The translations under genes and the position numbers were made by a program. Of a stretch of DNA of 64,000 nucleotides, positions 26,491-37,423 are shown one piece after another; the stretch's first letter is position 1; the number at the start of each line of letters is the position of its first letter. The notes beneath the pieces were generated by a model. The model was given only the letters and a program-made list of their open reading frames with translations, was not told where the DNA came from and did no database searches. The stretch spans positions 1-64,000 of the forward strand of contig JAVZHX010000004.1 in NCBI GenBank assembly GCA_038871515.1, in the 5' to 3' direction. This stretch comes from Candidatus Micrarchaeia archaeon. Its GTDB lineage: Archaea > Micrarchaeota > Micrarchaeia > Burarchaeales > Fermentimicrarchaeaceae.

Positions 26491-27474
26491 CTATGAGTAG
26501 CTTCTTCTCATCCGTGCAACCCCTTTCATCGCAAAAAAGAAGAGGAGAGCGCTTATTCCTGCGAGAAGAAGCAAGCCAAAAATTATTTTTTCATCTGGGT
26601 AGTTTGAAGCAATTCTTGAGATAAGAGTTGTTGGTGAGTATAAAGAGAAGTCAGAGCTGGGGAGGAGAATTGAGAAGACGAGCAGCATACCCGCAAGCGA
26701 TGATAAAACGTTTGCTTCCTGCATGCTTCTCGCAGTAGACGATATAAGCACGCTCACTGAAACTAAAGCAAAGGAGAGAAGAAATTCTGTGAGTATGAGA
26801 AGAAGCGTGTTGTAAACAGGTATCCTCCCTCCTATAATAAAAAGCCAGACAGCGCCGCAAAGAGTTGATGTTACCACGTATGGAATAACCTTTGAGAAAG
26901 CAATATCAAAGTCTGAGAGAGGGGAAACCAATAAAAGTTCTATTGTTCTTTTCTTCCTTTCACCAAGTATGTTCTGTATTGAAAGGGATAAGCCAACCAT
27001 TGCGGGCATGAGTAAGGAGATCGGAATAATCAAACCATACCCCATCTGCACAAAGTCGTGGTGCCCCTCAGCAAGTTTTTCTGAAGAGTAGCTGAAATTA
27101 TTTTTTTCAAGCGCATCCTCAAAAGAAATTGATTTTGAGACAGAGCTTATCTTCGCAATTGCAAACCCAGAAAAAATATTTGAGGGGTCTGTTTTAACTT
27201 CGCCAGTGGTTGTGTTTATAACTGCATTGACCTTTTCAACTGCCTCGTCACCAACAGGCACTACTTTCACGCCAGACTCCTCAAGCTTGCTCACCAGAGC
27301 AGTGTTGTTTGTGTCAACCGCAATTGTTATTTTCAAGTTTGGTGAGTGCATAACCTCGCTGTATGTGTCGTAAAGGAAGAGAAGCATGGAGATTGTTATG
27401 AACTGAATGAGAATGCTTCCGAGAAATGCTCTGTCTGAAAGAATTTCTCTTGTTTCTTTTTCAAAAACTTTCAT
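26491..27474 (-). CDS. ABC-2 type transporter permease
   Basis: GERKKRTIELLLVSPLS, multiple TM helices. Confidence 0.85.
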   Translation of the reverse strand: MKVFEKETREILSDRAFLGSILIQFITISMLLFLYDTYSEVMHSPNLKITIAVDTNNTALVSKLEESGVKVVPVGDEAVEKVNAVINTTTGEVKTDPSNIFSGFAIAKISSVSKSISFEDALEKNNFSYSSEKLAEGHHDFVQMGYGLIIPISLLMPAMVGLSLSIQNILGERKKRTIELLLVSPLSDFDIAFSKVIPYVVTSTLCGAVWLFIIGGRIPVYNTLLLILTEFLLSFALVSVSVLISSTARSMQEANVLSSLAGMLLVFSILLPSSDFSLYSPTTLISRIASNYPDEKIIFGLLLLAGISALLFFFAMKGVARMRRSYS

Positions 27475-27475
27475 T

Positions 27476-28996
27476 TCACCACCAGAGATGCACTAAAAAT
27501 ACATTGTAAGCGAGGTGAAGCAGAACCGCGAGGAGGAATGAAGTTGTGAATTGCTTCTTTGAGTAGCCAGCTCCAACTATGCAGCTGCAGAGAGTGTGAA
27601 CGAGTATTGGAGCAATTCTTATGAGCAGTATGAATTCAACGATAGGTGCGAGAAGCAAACTCTCGCTCACCCCGAAAGCAAACCCAACAAGCCCACCGAG
27701 CAGAACTCCTTCTTTAAATTCAGTGGGTTTAAGAATTCGCACAGCAAATGCTTTCAGCCCTTCCTCAACAATGGTTACTGAGAGGAGAAGCAATCCCACG
27801 ACAGGTCCAATAAGAAAGAAAATTAAACCAATTGCAATTATCTCAAATGGCATTGTGATTGAAAATGCAACAAAGCCCATTGCAAATGCAGCTTTCCTCC
27901 TGCTTCTCAGAATTTCAAGCATTCCCTCATACAGCTGAGTTAAGCCTGGTTTTATTGCGAATGTGAATGCCTCTGTTGAAAAAGCTGAGAGTGCAAGGAT
28001 GAATGCAGTTGCAGTTATTATGTAAATTATAATTAAGAGGTTGAATGGAAATGGCGTTGCTTTTCCAGCAACCTGCTCCGCAATATACGTTGCAGGAGAA
28101 AGCTTTGCAGCAATCTCTGTTGCTGGAAAAACTTTCAGTATTGCAATTGAAAAGAAAAGAGTGATTATTATGGTTGATGAGATGCTTGAAGCAAGGGTTG
28201 CCTCATTTGCGTTTGATGCAATTGATGAGACAAGGGAATTCATTGCTATTATCAACAGAGCCATGCTGATGAGGATTATGTAAACTCCGAGCGGGTTGCT
28301 GAAATGAAAACCGAAAAAAGGGACGAGCAGCATCCAGACAACCCCGAGCAGAGCAGCGAAGAGGAAGTTGCTCAGTATTTTTGATGCAAGCACCTCAAAT
28401 TTTCTTGAAGGAGTTGCAAGAAGAACCTCAACAACCTTATTCTCCCTTTCATACGCAACGCTCTGAATAATGGGGAGAGACCAAATGAAAAGGGGGGTGA
28501 GCATGAGGAAGGGGGCGAGCAAACTCCTTAAAAGTTCCTCCAACCCAAAGTCAGATTTCAGGTTGAAGAGAGGTTTCTCATCCTTTCTGAAGTATCTGTC
28601 AACTGCCTCCCTAACTGCGGATTCGGCCAGGTTTGAGAGCGGAATTCCCCTCCCAATGAAGCTTCCGCCAGTCGAGTTCACAATGAAAACACCGTGCACC
28701 CTCCCCTCTCTGAGCAGTTCGCTTGCGCTCCTCTCATCTGCAAAAACAATCTCAACAACGTTGTTTTTCTCAAGCTCGGAGAGAAGGGTATGGTTGCCAA
28801 CAACCGCAATTCTAACTATTTTTTGAGAAATTGGGAGGGCTGAGAGAAGAGTGCCCTCCTTAAAATACGAGACTGCCTCCATAAGAAGAGGTATTGTGAG
28901 CAGGGAGATGAGCATCCCAGCCAATACACTGAGAAGGAACCTTCTGTCAGAAAAGATACCTCTCAAACCCCACCAAGTCATCACCTTTAAACCCAT
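27476..28996 (-). CDS. ABC-2 permease fused to a PrsW-family intramembrane metalloprotease domain
   Basis: YERENKVVEVLLATP; C-terminal VEEGLKA, GFAFGVSE, HTLCS, HLAYN. Confidence 0.8.
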   Translation of the reverse strand: MGLKVMTWWGLRGIFSDRRFLLSVLAGMLISLLTIPLLMEAVSYFKEGTLLSALPISQKIVRIAVVGNHTLLSELEKNNVVEIVFADERSASELLREGRVHGVFIVNSTGGSFIGRGIPLSNLAESAVREAVDRYFRKDEKPLFNLKSDFGLEELLRSLLAPFLMLTPLFIWSLPIIQSVAYERENKVVEVLLATPSRKFEVLASKILSNFLFAALLGVVWMLLVPFFGFHFSNPLGVYIILISMALLIIAMNSLVSSIASNANEATLASSISSTIIITLFFSIAILKVFPATEIAAKLSPATYIAEQVAGKATPFPFNLLIIIYIITATAFILALSAFSTEAFTFAIKPGLTQLYEGMLEILRSRRKAAFAMGFVAFSITMPFEIIAIGLIFFLIGPVVGLLLLSVTIVEEGLKAFAVRILKPTEFKEGVLLGGLVGFAFGVSESLLLAPIVEFILLIRIAPILVHTLCSCIVGAGYSKKQFTTSFLLAVLLHLAYNVFLVHLWW

Positions 28997-29889
28997 CTCC
29001 CTCCCCTTGTGACAGCAACAAACACATCCTCCAAAGATGGGTCAAGAGTTTTCACTGACAGAACTTTTGCATTAAGCTTTCTGGCAACTGAGTTCACCTT
29101 TCTCATCGTTCTGCTCAAGTTTTTTGTTTTTATTATAATGTTTCTCCCATCAATCTCCCCGCCAACTTCCTCTGCAAACTTTCTCACAAGCGAGTCCTCC
29201 TTTATAACAACGCCGAGGTATCTCTGCTTTGCAACCTTTGCTTTCAATTCCTCTGGCTTCCCAACCGCAGCTATCCTTCCGTTGTTTATCACCGCAAGTT
29301 TGTCAGAAAGAAAATCAGCTTCATCCATGTAGTGGGTGCAAACAAGAATTGTCTTCCCCTCCTTTCTCATCTCCTTTATTCTCTCCCTAACGTCTCTTGA
29401 GGAAGCTGGGTCAAGCCCCATTGTTGGTTCGTCAAGTACGAGGACAGGCGGGTTGTGTATAAGCGCTCTTGCCAGAGAAATTCTGTGCTTCATTCCTTTT
29501 GAATACTCCCCAATTTTTCTTTTTGCGTGCTCTTTTAACCCAACAAACTCAAGCAATTCAGGAATGTTTTCTCTTCCGGAGTTGTAAATATCCGCAAAGA
29601 AGGAGAGAAACTCCTCCCCAGTCATGTAATCATAAACCCTTGGCTCCTCTGGAAGGTAGCCGACAAGGGAGCGAACTTTCTGTGATTCATTAACAATATC
29701 AAACCCCATTATTCTTGCGCTCCCAGAAGTTGGAGATAGTATTGTGCACAGCATCTTCACAAGCGTGCTCTTCCCTGCCCCATTCGGTCCAACAACAACA
29801 AGAATCTCCCCTTCTTTAACAGAGAGAGTTACCTCATCAACAGCGGTGAGCCCACCAAATTTTTTTGTTAGTTCAAAAGTTTCTATCAC
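28987..29889 (-). CDS. ABC transporter ATP-binding protein
   Basis: GPNGAGKS, YSKGM, LDEPT, THYM. Confidence 0.95.
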   Translation of the reverse strand: MIETFELTKKFGGLTAVDEVTLSVKEGEILVVVGPNGAGKSTLVKMLCTILSPTSGSARIMGFDIVNESQKVRSLVGYLPEEPRVYDYMTGEEFLSFFADIYNSGRENIPELLEFVGLKEHAKRKIGEYSKGMKHRISLARALIHNPPVLVLDEPTMGLDPASSRDVRERIKEMRKEGKTILVCTHYMDEADFLSDKLAVINNGRIAAVGKPEELKAKVAKQRYLGVVIKEDSLVRKFAEEVGGEIDGRNIIIKTKNLSRTMRKVNSVARKLNAKVLSVKTLDPSLEDVFVAVTRGGRWV

Positions 29890-29918
29890 AAGTAGATATT
29901 GTAAACTAAGTTATAAAT

Positions 29919-30419
29919 TCACTCTCCTCCAGGTGGCTGCATCCTCATCCTTCTTCCAACCCCTCTCTCCTTCATAGAGCTCCTGAGAAGCTCAACCGCC
30001 TTATCAAGTTCCTTTGCATCAATATCTTTCATAATAATCTCGTAATCCATCTTCGCGCTTGCGGTGTCTATCTCCAAATCAGCAAACCCAAAGATTATTC
30101 CAAGAAATGACCTGTTGATTTTCATGTTTGTTATCTCATCTATTGGAACCACTTCCTCATCAGGCGCAAAAACTCCAAACCTCCATATAACATCATGTTC
30201 AGTTATCTCGTATGTAGTATACCATTTTCTGTAGAACTGCTGCATCACAAGCAGCGCAAGAAGCAGAAGAACGCCTACGCCAGCAATAACTACGTAGTAA
30301 GCATAATCAGAAAACATCACCGCAAGAGCGATTATAACCACAATTACAATAAGGGCAGCAGCGCCAATCATCATCACGTAGGGCTCAACCTTTGGCTTCA
30401 TTCTCAAAAGAACTTCCAT
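29919..30419 (-). CDS. Membrane protein with bacterial PH (bPH_2) domain
   Basis: Two TM helices, then YEITEHDVIWRFGVF...RSFLGIIFGFADLEIDTAS. Confidence 0.75.
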   Translation of the reverse strand: MEVLLRMKPKVEPYVMMIGAAALIVIVVIIALAVMFSDYAYYVVIAGVGVLLLLALLVMQQFYRKWYTTYEITEHDVIWRFGVFAPDEEVVPIDEITNMKINRSFLGIIFGFADLEIDTASAKMDYEIIMKDIDAKELDKAVELLRSSMKERGVGRRMRMQPPGGE

Positions 30420-30447
30420 GGTGTTATTCCTCAGTTTAAATTTAAAA

Positions 30448-31563
30448 CTATGCGCTCACAAATTGAGAAAGCCTTTTCAGCGCATTGTATTTTTCAGTTT
30501 TTCCAATTTTTGCATCCTCAACTGCGTTTTTGAGAATTTCAATTGACGAGTTGTAAACTCTTTTGTCAACCTGGAACGGAATTCCATCCTTCCCTCCCAC
30601 GCAGAAGGAATACTTAACCGGGTCCTTCCAGCTTGGCTCAGCTCCGTAAACTAAATCTGAAATCAACGCAAGCGCTCTGAGAGTTTTCGCCCCAATTCCT
30701 TTTAATGAAACAAGCTCCTCATAGCTCTCTGGTTGCAATTCATATGCTTTTTTAAGAAACTCCCATCCCCTCTCGCTTATATCTACTTTCAGAATCTCAT
30801 GCCTCTCAGGAAGAGCTAGCTTTTCAAGTTTACTCTCAAAGTCAGTGAGGAGGGTTTGCCCTCCAAAATACTTTTTTAACTTAAGTGGGTTATCCCTCAC
30901 CAAATCCAAGCTTGTTTTTCTCACCTCCTTGCTTTCCTTTGCAGTTAAATCAAGCACCCTGCTCTCAACTCTGTCACCACAGATTCCAGAGTGAGGTTCC
31001 TCCACAAAACTTCTTACATTATCAGAAAGCCAGTGATACCTTCTCGCGTAATTCCCCTTCATCCCCTGCTGAACAGTGCACCAAACACCCTTCTCTGTAA
31101 AAATGAATGAGTGGCTGTAAATGGAGTAGAAATCCTGAACGCAGCACTCATCAACCTTCGCGGACATTCTGCTTGAATACTTCAAACTCTCAATTCTTTT
31201 TTGTGATAATGAGAGAAACTCACCTTTCTTCTCTATTTCATCCGGCGCTTTCCTTGAAATTTTACCTTTTCCTCCTGCAACAGCAATTCCATGCTCGTCT
31301 GGAGAAATTGCAATTTTCAGAGCACCACAGGTGGTTGTAGTGGCTCCGCTAGAATGCCAATCAAAGCCAATCACACACGAAAATGCTTGAAACCAGAATG
31401 GGTCAGCTATCCTTCTCAAAAGCTCCTCCTGCCCATACTCATAAACAACTGCATCAGCTATCACTTTTGATAATTTAACCATTCTCTCAAAAAGCCATCT
31501 TGGGGTTTTTCCATAGTGCAGAGGTAAATCAGCAAAACCGGTTTTAACTCCTCTCTCAAACAT
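30448..31563 (-). CDS. DUF763 domain protein
   Basis: [46 protein letters not shown]. Confidence 0.9.
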   Translation of the reverse strand: MFERGVKTGFADLPLHYGKTPRWLFERMVKLSKVIADAVVYEYGQEELLRRIADPFWFQAFSCVIGFDWHSSGATTTTCGALKIAISPDEHGIAVAGGKGKISRKAPDEIEKKGEFLSLSQKRIESLKYSSRMSAKVDECCVQDFYSIYSHSFIFTEKGVWCTVQQGMKGNYARRYHWLSDNVRSFVEEPHSGICGDRVESRVLDLTAKESKEVRKTSLDLVRDNPLKLKKYFGGQTLLTDFESKLEKLALPERHEILKVDISERGWEFLKKAYELQPESYEELVSLKGIGAKTLRALALISDLVYGAEPSWKDPVKYSFCVGGKDGIPFQVDKRVYNSSIEILKNAVEDAKIGKTEKYNALKRLSQFVSA

Positions 31564-32512
31564 CCTCAATTCCCTTTGGGGTTACCTTGAAAACTGCCTC
31601 TCCCTCAGGCATGGATGGGCTGTCAACAAGCCTTGCAATTCTTTTATCCTCCTTCCCTCTTCTCAAGTACAGCCTGAACACGGCGGCGTGCGCAAGCACG
31701 TGCCCACCAATAGGAGTTGTTGGGTCACCAAAAAGTATTGCAGGGTTGTCCATCACCTGATTGGTTACGTAAACTGCAAGGTTGTATCTATCCGCAAGCT
31801 TCTGCAGAGCATGGATGTGTTTATTCAGCCTCTGCTGCCTCTCCCCGAGAGCGCTCCTTCCAAGGAAATCGGTTCTGAAAAGAGAGGTTAGGGAATCAAC
31901 AACAATCAGTTTTATATTACTCTTCTCAATTATCTCATCTGCTTTCTCAACAAGAATCATCTGGTGGTCGCTGTTAACAGCTCTGGCAACGTAGATGTTT
32001 TTTAAAACTTCATCTGGATTCAAACCTCTTAATTCCGCAATCTGCTTAACCCTTTCTGGCCTGAAGGTTGATTCAGCATCAATGAAAAGGCAGGAGCCAC
32101 CTAATCCTCCTTTCTCCTTTGGAAGCTGAACGTTCACCGCAAGCTGAAAACCAAGCTGTGACTTGCCTGAGCCGAATTTTCCAAAAGACTCGGTTATTGC
32201 CTGCGTTTCAATTCCTCCTCCAATTAAATTATCCAATTCCTTTGAACCAGTTGTTATTTTGCCAATATTTTTTCTTCTCTCCAAAATTTTATCAGCAGTT
32301 TCATACCCCATTTCCAACGCATCCCTTGCAGCAGAGATTGTTTTCTTGGCAGTTTCAACTCCAATCTCCGCAACCTCCTGCAGCTCATAAGGAGAGGAAG
32401 CAGCTATCTTCTCAAGCGAGTCGTAACCTGCTTTTCTCAGCTTCTCGGCAGTTGCCTCCCCAACTCCAGGCAAATCCTCCAAATCCTTTATTTTTTTCTC
32501 CTCCCTTGCCAT
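31556..32512 (-). CDS. radA: DNA repair and recombination protein RadA
   Basis: N-terminal Hh[33 protein letters not shown]. Confidence 0.97.
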   Translation of the reverse strand: MAREEKKIKDLEDLPGVGEATAEKLRKAGYDSLEKIAASSPYELQEVAEIGVETAKKTISAARDALEMGYETADKILERRKNIGKITTGSKELDNLIGGGIETQAITESFGKFGSGKSQLGFQLAVNVQLPKEKGGLGGSCLFIDAESTFRPERVKQIAELRGLNPDEVLKNIYVARAVNSDHQMILVEKADEIIEKSNIKLIVVDSLTSLFRTDFLGRSALGERQQRLNKHIHALQKLADRYNLAVYVTNQVMDNPAILFGDPTTPIGGHVLAHAAVFRLYLRRGKEDKRIARLVDSPSMPEGEAVFKVTPKGIEDV

Positions 32513-32521
32513 AACAACACC

Positions 32522-33130
32522 TCATTGGCTGTAGAAACCATTCTCACCCCTTAGTTTGGGCAGAGCTTCTCTAAGCTTATAATACAAAGAAATGAACTCC
32601 TCCGCCTCCCTTTCAACGTATTCAATTATTCTTCCGTATTGTTTATTTAAATACCAAACTGGAACAAGCTCGCCGTTTGGGGGTTTGCCGCAGAATTTAT
32701 CCAAACCGCTTCCAGAAAACTTGAAGCCGTTCATCCCAAGGCAGATATCCTTTAAGTCAATTCTCGGCAGGTTGTTCATGATGCACCACTCATCGTACTC
32801 AATTCCATACCGTCTGGCTCTGCCCCTCAACATACCTAAATCAAACATGAGGTTGTAGCCAACTGGTATGAACTCCCAAACTTTTCTTGTGTTGTAAATT
32901 TTTTCCGGGTTCAGAAATTTTGTGAACTCCCTTATAATTCCCTCTTCCCCCATCTCCCACTCTTTTAAAACTCGAAGTGGCTCTTCCGGCTCACCATTCC
33001 TATCCAATCTTTGAAACTGAATGGTAATTATTTTACATATGTTCGGATGGAGAAGCCCCTCCCCCCTTATGAAATTCTCGTAAGAGTCGCCTTCATACCC
33101 GATTTCTATGTCAAAGTAGTACTCAGCCAT
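32522..33130 (-). CDS. Stand-alone RNase H-like (DEDD/DnaQ-type) exonuclease
   Basis: ExoI YFDIE, ExoII VGYNLMFDL, IDLK, ExoIII-like YVERE. Confidence 0.75.
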   Translation of the reverse strand: MAEYYFDIEIGYEGDSYENFIRGEGLLHPNICKIITIQFQRLDRNGEPEEPLRVLKEWEMGEEGIIREFTKFLNPEKIYNTRKVWEFIPVGYNLMFDLGMLRGRARRYGIEYDEWCIMNNLPRIDLKDICLGMNGFKFSGSGLDKFCGKPPNGELVPVWYLNKQYGRIIEYVEREAEEFISLYYKLREALPKLRGENGFYSQ

Positions 33131-33218
33131 AAAAGAAGTTCTGCTTTTCCTCTTTTAAATATTAGGAGGGGGTAACTTTCCAGTGAAGTATATAAACAAT
33201 AAAATACAGAAAATTAAC

Positions 33219-34565
33219 ATGGTTGATTCAATAATGGAGAAAAGAATTCCCGAAAACTTCAAAGCTTCCCTGAAAATTATGCCGAGGTTGGAGGAGGAGA
33301 GATACCTTGGGATGATAGAGCAGGAAAGCAACAGGGTAACCAGGAGGGAGTTTGAGGAAAATTTAAGCAGATACGACAAGAAGGAGAGAAGGGTTATCCT
33401 CGCTCAGATTGCGCACTATATAAACGTTTCAAGAATCTCCCAAATTTCTTTGATTAAGGGGGACAAGGAAGCAGGCGTGATTCCCTTCAAACCAAATTAT
33501 TACATAGACACGAACGCAACTTTGAAAGCTCTCGCCGAGTCATCAAAACACCTTCCAGCAGAGCAGCTAAGCGATATGGTGCTTGTGGTAACAAAGCTTG
33601 CGGAGCAGAAGAAGGATACGAAGGATGCAGCTGTGTTGCTTTCCAAGTTATCCGCCCATCTTTCAGATGAGCAATCCAAGAAGTTGCTTTCAATATCTAT
33701 AAAATTTGTTGAGAATGAATGGAATCTTGATTCCTTTCTCAAATCTATCTCAAAAATGAGCCCTCAGATGAGAGCTAAGCATTTTGATGGTTTGATGTTG
33801 CTTTCTGAGAGGATGGTTGAAAAAGGAATGAACCCGAAGCCAGCAGTTTCATACATCTGCGAGCTTCCTGCATCAATTCTTGAAACACACGGCGAGAAAG
33901 TTATTGAGCTTTCAAAAAAGCTTGTTGATAAGGGAGTTGACCCAAAGGGAATGATATGGTCAATAACAATGCTTCCGCCAGAGCAGGTGAATATAAATCT
34001 CCTGCTCTCAGAAGCTCTCAAGCAAGCAGAGAGAATAGACCCAAAAGAGAAAATACTGCTCATCTCCCAGCTCTTCCCAAGGTTGGTGGATAGAAGACAG
34101 GTTGATAGAATTGTGAACTTGGCTCATGCGAATGTGAATAGGGGATTGATGAAAATAGAGGAGTGCTGGGAAATGGAAAAGTCAATGAATTCCCTGCTTG
34201 CATACTCCCCAGAGAAATTTGAGAATGTTTCTGGAATTGCTGAGGAGTTGCTGAGGCATAACATCAACCCAAATGACTTATTCCTTCTCTCAAAATCGCT
34301 TATTCAATACTCAACAAAAAATTTTGAGGGAAAGGTTGAGAAAATTGCTGAGCTTATGGTGCTGATGAAAGAAACGAAGTGGGATGTGGCTCTTTCCTCG
34401 CTTTTCTACTCATCTGAGGAATTCCAGGAAAGTGGGTTCAATAATTATCTGCTTTACAAGTTGAACAGAACGCTGCAGAACAACCCAAATAAGTTTGATG
34501 GGCAGATTGAGAGAGTGATTGAAAAGCTGAACTCAGGTGATGATCCAAGAAAAGCCTTTGGTTAG
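33219..34565 (+). CDS. Hypothetical alpha-helical repeat-like protein
   Basis: Long ORF; TATATAAA about 25 bp upstream of ATG 33219; recurring LxxKGxxP-like helical units. Confidence 0.7.
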   Translation: MVDSIMEKRIPENFKASLKIMPRLEEERYLGMIEQESNRVTRREFEENLSRYDKKERRVILAQIAHYINVSRISQISLIKGDKEAGVIPFKPNYYIDTNATLKALAESSKHLPAEQLSDMVLVVTKLAEQKKDTKDAAVLLSKLSAHLSDEQSKKLLSISIKFVENEWNLDSFLKSISKMSPQMRAKHFDGLMLLSERMVEKGMNPKPAVSYICELPASILETHGEKVIELSKKLVDKGVDPKGMIWSITMLPPEQVNINLLLSEALKQAERIDPKEKILLISQLFPRLVDRRQVDRIVNLAHANVNRGLMKIEECWEMEKSMNSLLAYSPEKFENVSGIAEELLRHNINPNDLFLLSKSLIQYSTKNFEGKVEKIAELMVLMKETKWDVALSSLFYSSEEFQESGFNNYLLYKLNRTLQNNPNKFDGQIERVIEKLNSGDDPRKAFG

Positions 34566-35812
34566 ACAACTCCCTTAACAATAAACTCAATATCGCCAGT
34601 GAAGCTGCTCCTTCTTGCTTTTCCTTTAACAACAATTCTTCTTCCCTTCCAATCGCCTTTCTTCAGCTCAAGAATTGTCTCAGGTTCAACATCCTCCGGA
34701 ATCTCCTTTATCCCTAGAAACTCTTTCGCAACATCCCCAAATAGAACACAGTTAATCCCACCAGTCTCATCCTTCAAAATTATGCTGACAGCAAACCTTC
34801 TTTCAAGCTCAGATGAGCCACATTTGGGGCATACGTCCCGTGCGGTTACCTTGCACTTGTTGCAGAATTTATATGTGCGTGCGTTTCCCTCTATAACCTC
34901 ACCTTCAATTTCAACTGCTTCCCCCTCCTTAAGCTCATTTATTTTAACCCTCCTTAGCCTTTCAACTGCAAGTGGAGGAAGCTCCACTTTTGGGTTGATG
35001 ACAATTCTGCCTCTCCAGTCAACATGCGCTTCCTTGCCAAAAAACCCTTCCTTGATGTATGCATCCTCAATTTTTACTTTATCACCTGCTTTCAATCTTT
35101 CCACAAGCGAGGCATTCCCATTCCACAAGCTCACTCTTATCCTTCCTGTTTCATCTGCAACGAAGAGGGATGCAACCTGCTTCATCCTTCCGTTTTTTTC
35201 AAATGAGTTAACTGCACCAACTTCAACAACTTCTGCAACAAAATCAACTCCGCTCATTCCTTCCCCAAACTCATTTATTTTTTTCAGCTGGGCTTTTGCT
35301 TCAGGTAGTTTTTCTCTTTCCTTTACTTTTAAAATCTGCCCGCCAAGCGAAAGGTGAACTTCACCGGTGTTTTTTACATAAGCGCCCAGCACATCAACCG
35401 CATCTCCTTTCTCTATAACCCCTCTCTCAACAAGCTCCACATCTCTATGCCAGAGCACCAGAGTTGCCTCACCCGTGTTATCTGCAATGAGTAGGTTGCA
35501 TACCCTCCCCTTTCTCCCTTCCTTCTCAAACTTCCGTGGTGCGAGAACTTTCATAACTCTTGCATGGATGTTTATGCCCTGCATGCCTGGAGTGAGCTGT
35601 TTTATTGGGGTGAAAATCAAATCCTTTCTTTCAAGCTGAATCTCAATTCCCATCTCCTTCGCAATTGAGTAGAGAGCAGCAGCTTCATTTATCAAACCAT
35701 GGAACTCCTCCTGCTTGCTTCTTACTTTTTCAGCAAGCTCCTGTTCAGAGATGCCTGTTTTCTCAATTATCGCCTGTTTTATCCTTTCTGGTTTGCCCAG
35801 CAAATCGAGCAT
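34562..35812 (-). CDS. rpa: Replication protein A (multiple OB folds plus Zn finger)
   Basis: IADNTG, VADETG and LKDETG OB motifs; CNKC...CPKC. Confidence 0.9.
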   Translation of the reverse strand: MLDLLGKPERIKQAIIEKTGISEQELAEKVRSKQEEFHGLINEAAALYSIAKEMGIEIQLERKDLIFTPIKQLTPGMQGINIHARVMKVLAPRKFEKEGRKGRVCNLLIADNTGEATLVLWHRDVELVERGVIEKGDAVDVLGAYVKNTGEVHLSLGGQILKVKEREKLPEAKAQLKKINEFGEGMSGVDFVAEVVEVGAVNSFEKNGRMKQVASLFVADETGRIRVSLWNGNASLVERLKAGDKVKIEDAYIKEGFFGKEAHVDWRGRIVINPKVELPPLAVERLRRVKINELKEGEAVEIEGEVIEGNARTYKFCNKCKVTARDVCPKCGSSELERRFAVSIILKDETGGINCVLFGDVAKEFLGIKEIPEDVEPETILELKKGDWKGRRIVVKGKARRSSFTGDIEFIVKGVV

Positions 35813-35847
35813 AATGGGTTTATAATTAAAAAGTAATAAATCCTTTT

Positions 35848-36414
35848 ATGGAAATTTTGAAAAATGTTTTTTTGGTAGAAGGAGAGGGTTTTTGTTCAAA
35901 TGTTTATGTTTTAATAAACGAAGGAGAGGCGTTGCTGATTGATTCAGGAGATGGAAGCAACTCTGATGAAATTCTTAGTGTAGTTGGGGAGCGGAATATA
36001 AAGGTGGTTCTGCTCACTCATGGGCACTGGGATCATGTTGGGGGGATGAGGTATATCAATGCAGGTGGGTTGATCAGCAGGAAGGATGCAGAGAGGATGG
36101 ATGAGTTGAATTCTGTTTTTCCTTATAAAAAAGAAATAAAAAACATAGAGGAGTTTAAGAAAGAGGTTATAAAGTTCGGCAGTTTTGAACTTCAGGTGAT
36201 ACCAACTCCCGGTCATACTCCGGGTTCGGTTTGCTTCTTTGAAAGAAGAAATAGAATTCTATTCTCCGGAGATACTCTTTTTGCGTATGGGTATGTTGGG
36301 AGAACTGACTTGCCGGGAGGAGATGAGAGGCAGCTTGCGGAATCGCTTGAGAAAATAAAAAAACTCAATTATAAGTTGCTCTGCCCAGGGCATGAGGGGG
36401 TTGAGCGTTTATGA
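35848..36414 (+). CDS. Metallo-beta-lactamase fold hydrolase (glyoxalase II-like)
   Basis: THGHWDH, TPGHTPGS, FSGDTLF, GRTDLPGG, PGH. Confidence 0.9.
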   Translation: MEILKNVFLVEGEGFCSNVYVLINEGEALLIDSGDGSNSDEILSVVGERNIKVVLLTHGHWDHVGGMRYINAGGLISRKDAERMDELNSVFPYKKEIKNIEEFKKEVIKFGSFELQVIPTPGHTPGSVCFFERRNRILFSGDTLFAYGYVGRTDLPGGDERQLAESLEKIKKLNYKLLCPGHEGVERL

Positions 36415-37386
36415 TTTGCCGTATTTCAGAATTTCAAAAACGCTCCGTGTAAAAACATCCGGCTCCTCTTTTTTTATTTCATCAACAACCTTCTCAAGCC
36501 CAAGCGCAAGGTGGGAGTAACCCATTTGCTCGGATAGTTCAGGGATCCAGGTTACAAATAGTTTTTCCAGCATCCTTCCCCACTCCTCACTCCCCTTCTT
36601 CATTTTCTTGTTCATTTCTTTATAAGCCTCGCAGCTTAGCTCAAGGCATCGGTTGAAACTCTCAATATCCCCATTCCCAACAAGCAGGTTTCTTGCCATG
36701 TGAGCTGCAAATTTAAAATCCTCAAATTCGTGTATCTCAACTCCTTTTGTAATTTTTCTTATTTCCTCAAAAACAGCATTTCTATCCATTTTTGTTTTCT
36801 CAAGCTCTTCAAGAAGGTTTTCAAGCAACCTGAAAGCCTGCCTTCGCTGGGGGAAGTTGAACTTCAGCATCTCATCTGAAAGCGCGCGGGAAACTTCCGG
36901 GGAAATTCCAAAGAGCTTTTCTATTGCTTTCCTTGCCTCAACTCTTACTTCAAGGTGGGGGTCGTGGAGTTTTGAGAGAATTTCAACCCTCATATCAGTT
37001 GAAAGAGTTTTGAATTGGGGGAGAGGGGCTCTGAGGTTTTTGAAGAAGTTTGCTCTAACTTCTGGGTTGCCATCATTTATAAGCTCAAAAAAGTTATTCA
37101 TTCTCTCTTTTGTTGCAAGCTCTGGATTCTTTTTCAGAATTTCAATATACGTATTGGTTGCGAATTTTCTCACGTAGGTATCGCTTTGATATTCCCCATG
37201 CATCATCTCCCCAACCCTGTCAACAACAGCCGGAGTTATAAGGATTCTGCTTGTTGGGTTTCTTATAAGCTCAGCGAGCTGTTTAACCTGAAACTGGGGG
37301 TTGCTCAGACGTTCAAGCACTCTTCTCTCAACAAAAAGTTCATAAAATTTCCTATTATCCTCTTCTCCTTCAATTGTCTTTCTCAT
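36409..37386 (-). CDS. Hypothetical protein with HEAT-like repeats
   Basis: LINDGNPEVR and LHDPHLEVRVEA repeats. Confidence 0.65.
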   Translation of the reverse strand: MRKTIEGEEDNRKFYELFVERRVLERLSNPQFQVKQLAELIRNPTSRILITPAVVDRVGEMMHGEYQSDTYVRKFATNTYIEILKKNPELATKERMNNFFELINDGNPEVRANFFKNLRAPLPQFKTLSTDMRVEILSKLHDPHLEVRVEARKAIEKLFGISPEVSRALSDEMLKFNFPQRRQAFRLLENLLEELEKTKMDRNAVFEEIRKITKGVEIHEFEDFKFAAHMARNLLVGNGDIESFNRCLELSCEAYKEMNKKMKKGSEEWGRMLEKLFVTWIPELSEQMGYSHLALGLEKVVDEIKKEEPDVFTRSVFEILKYGKS

Positions 37387-37423
37387 GGATAATTTATGCA
37401 GTTCTAATTATTTAAAGGTGTGA

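Noticed and set aside
34599..35357. 252-aa plus-strand ORF and similar antisense ORFs (e.g. 58489-59106, 20681-21229)
   Set aside because: Shadows of well-supported genes on the opposite strand, with Ser/Phe/Leu-rich non-coding-like composition.
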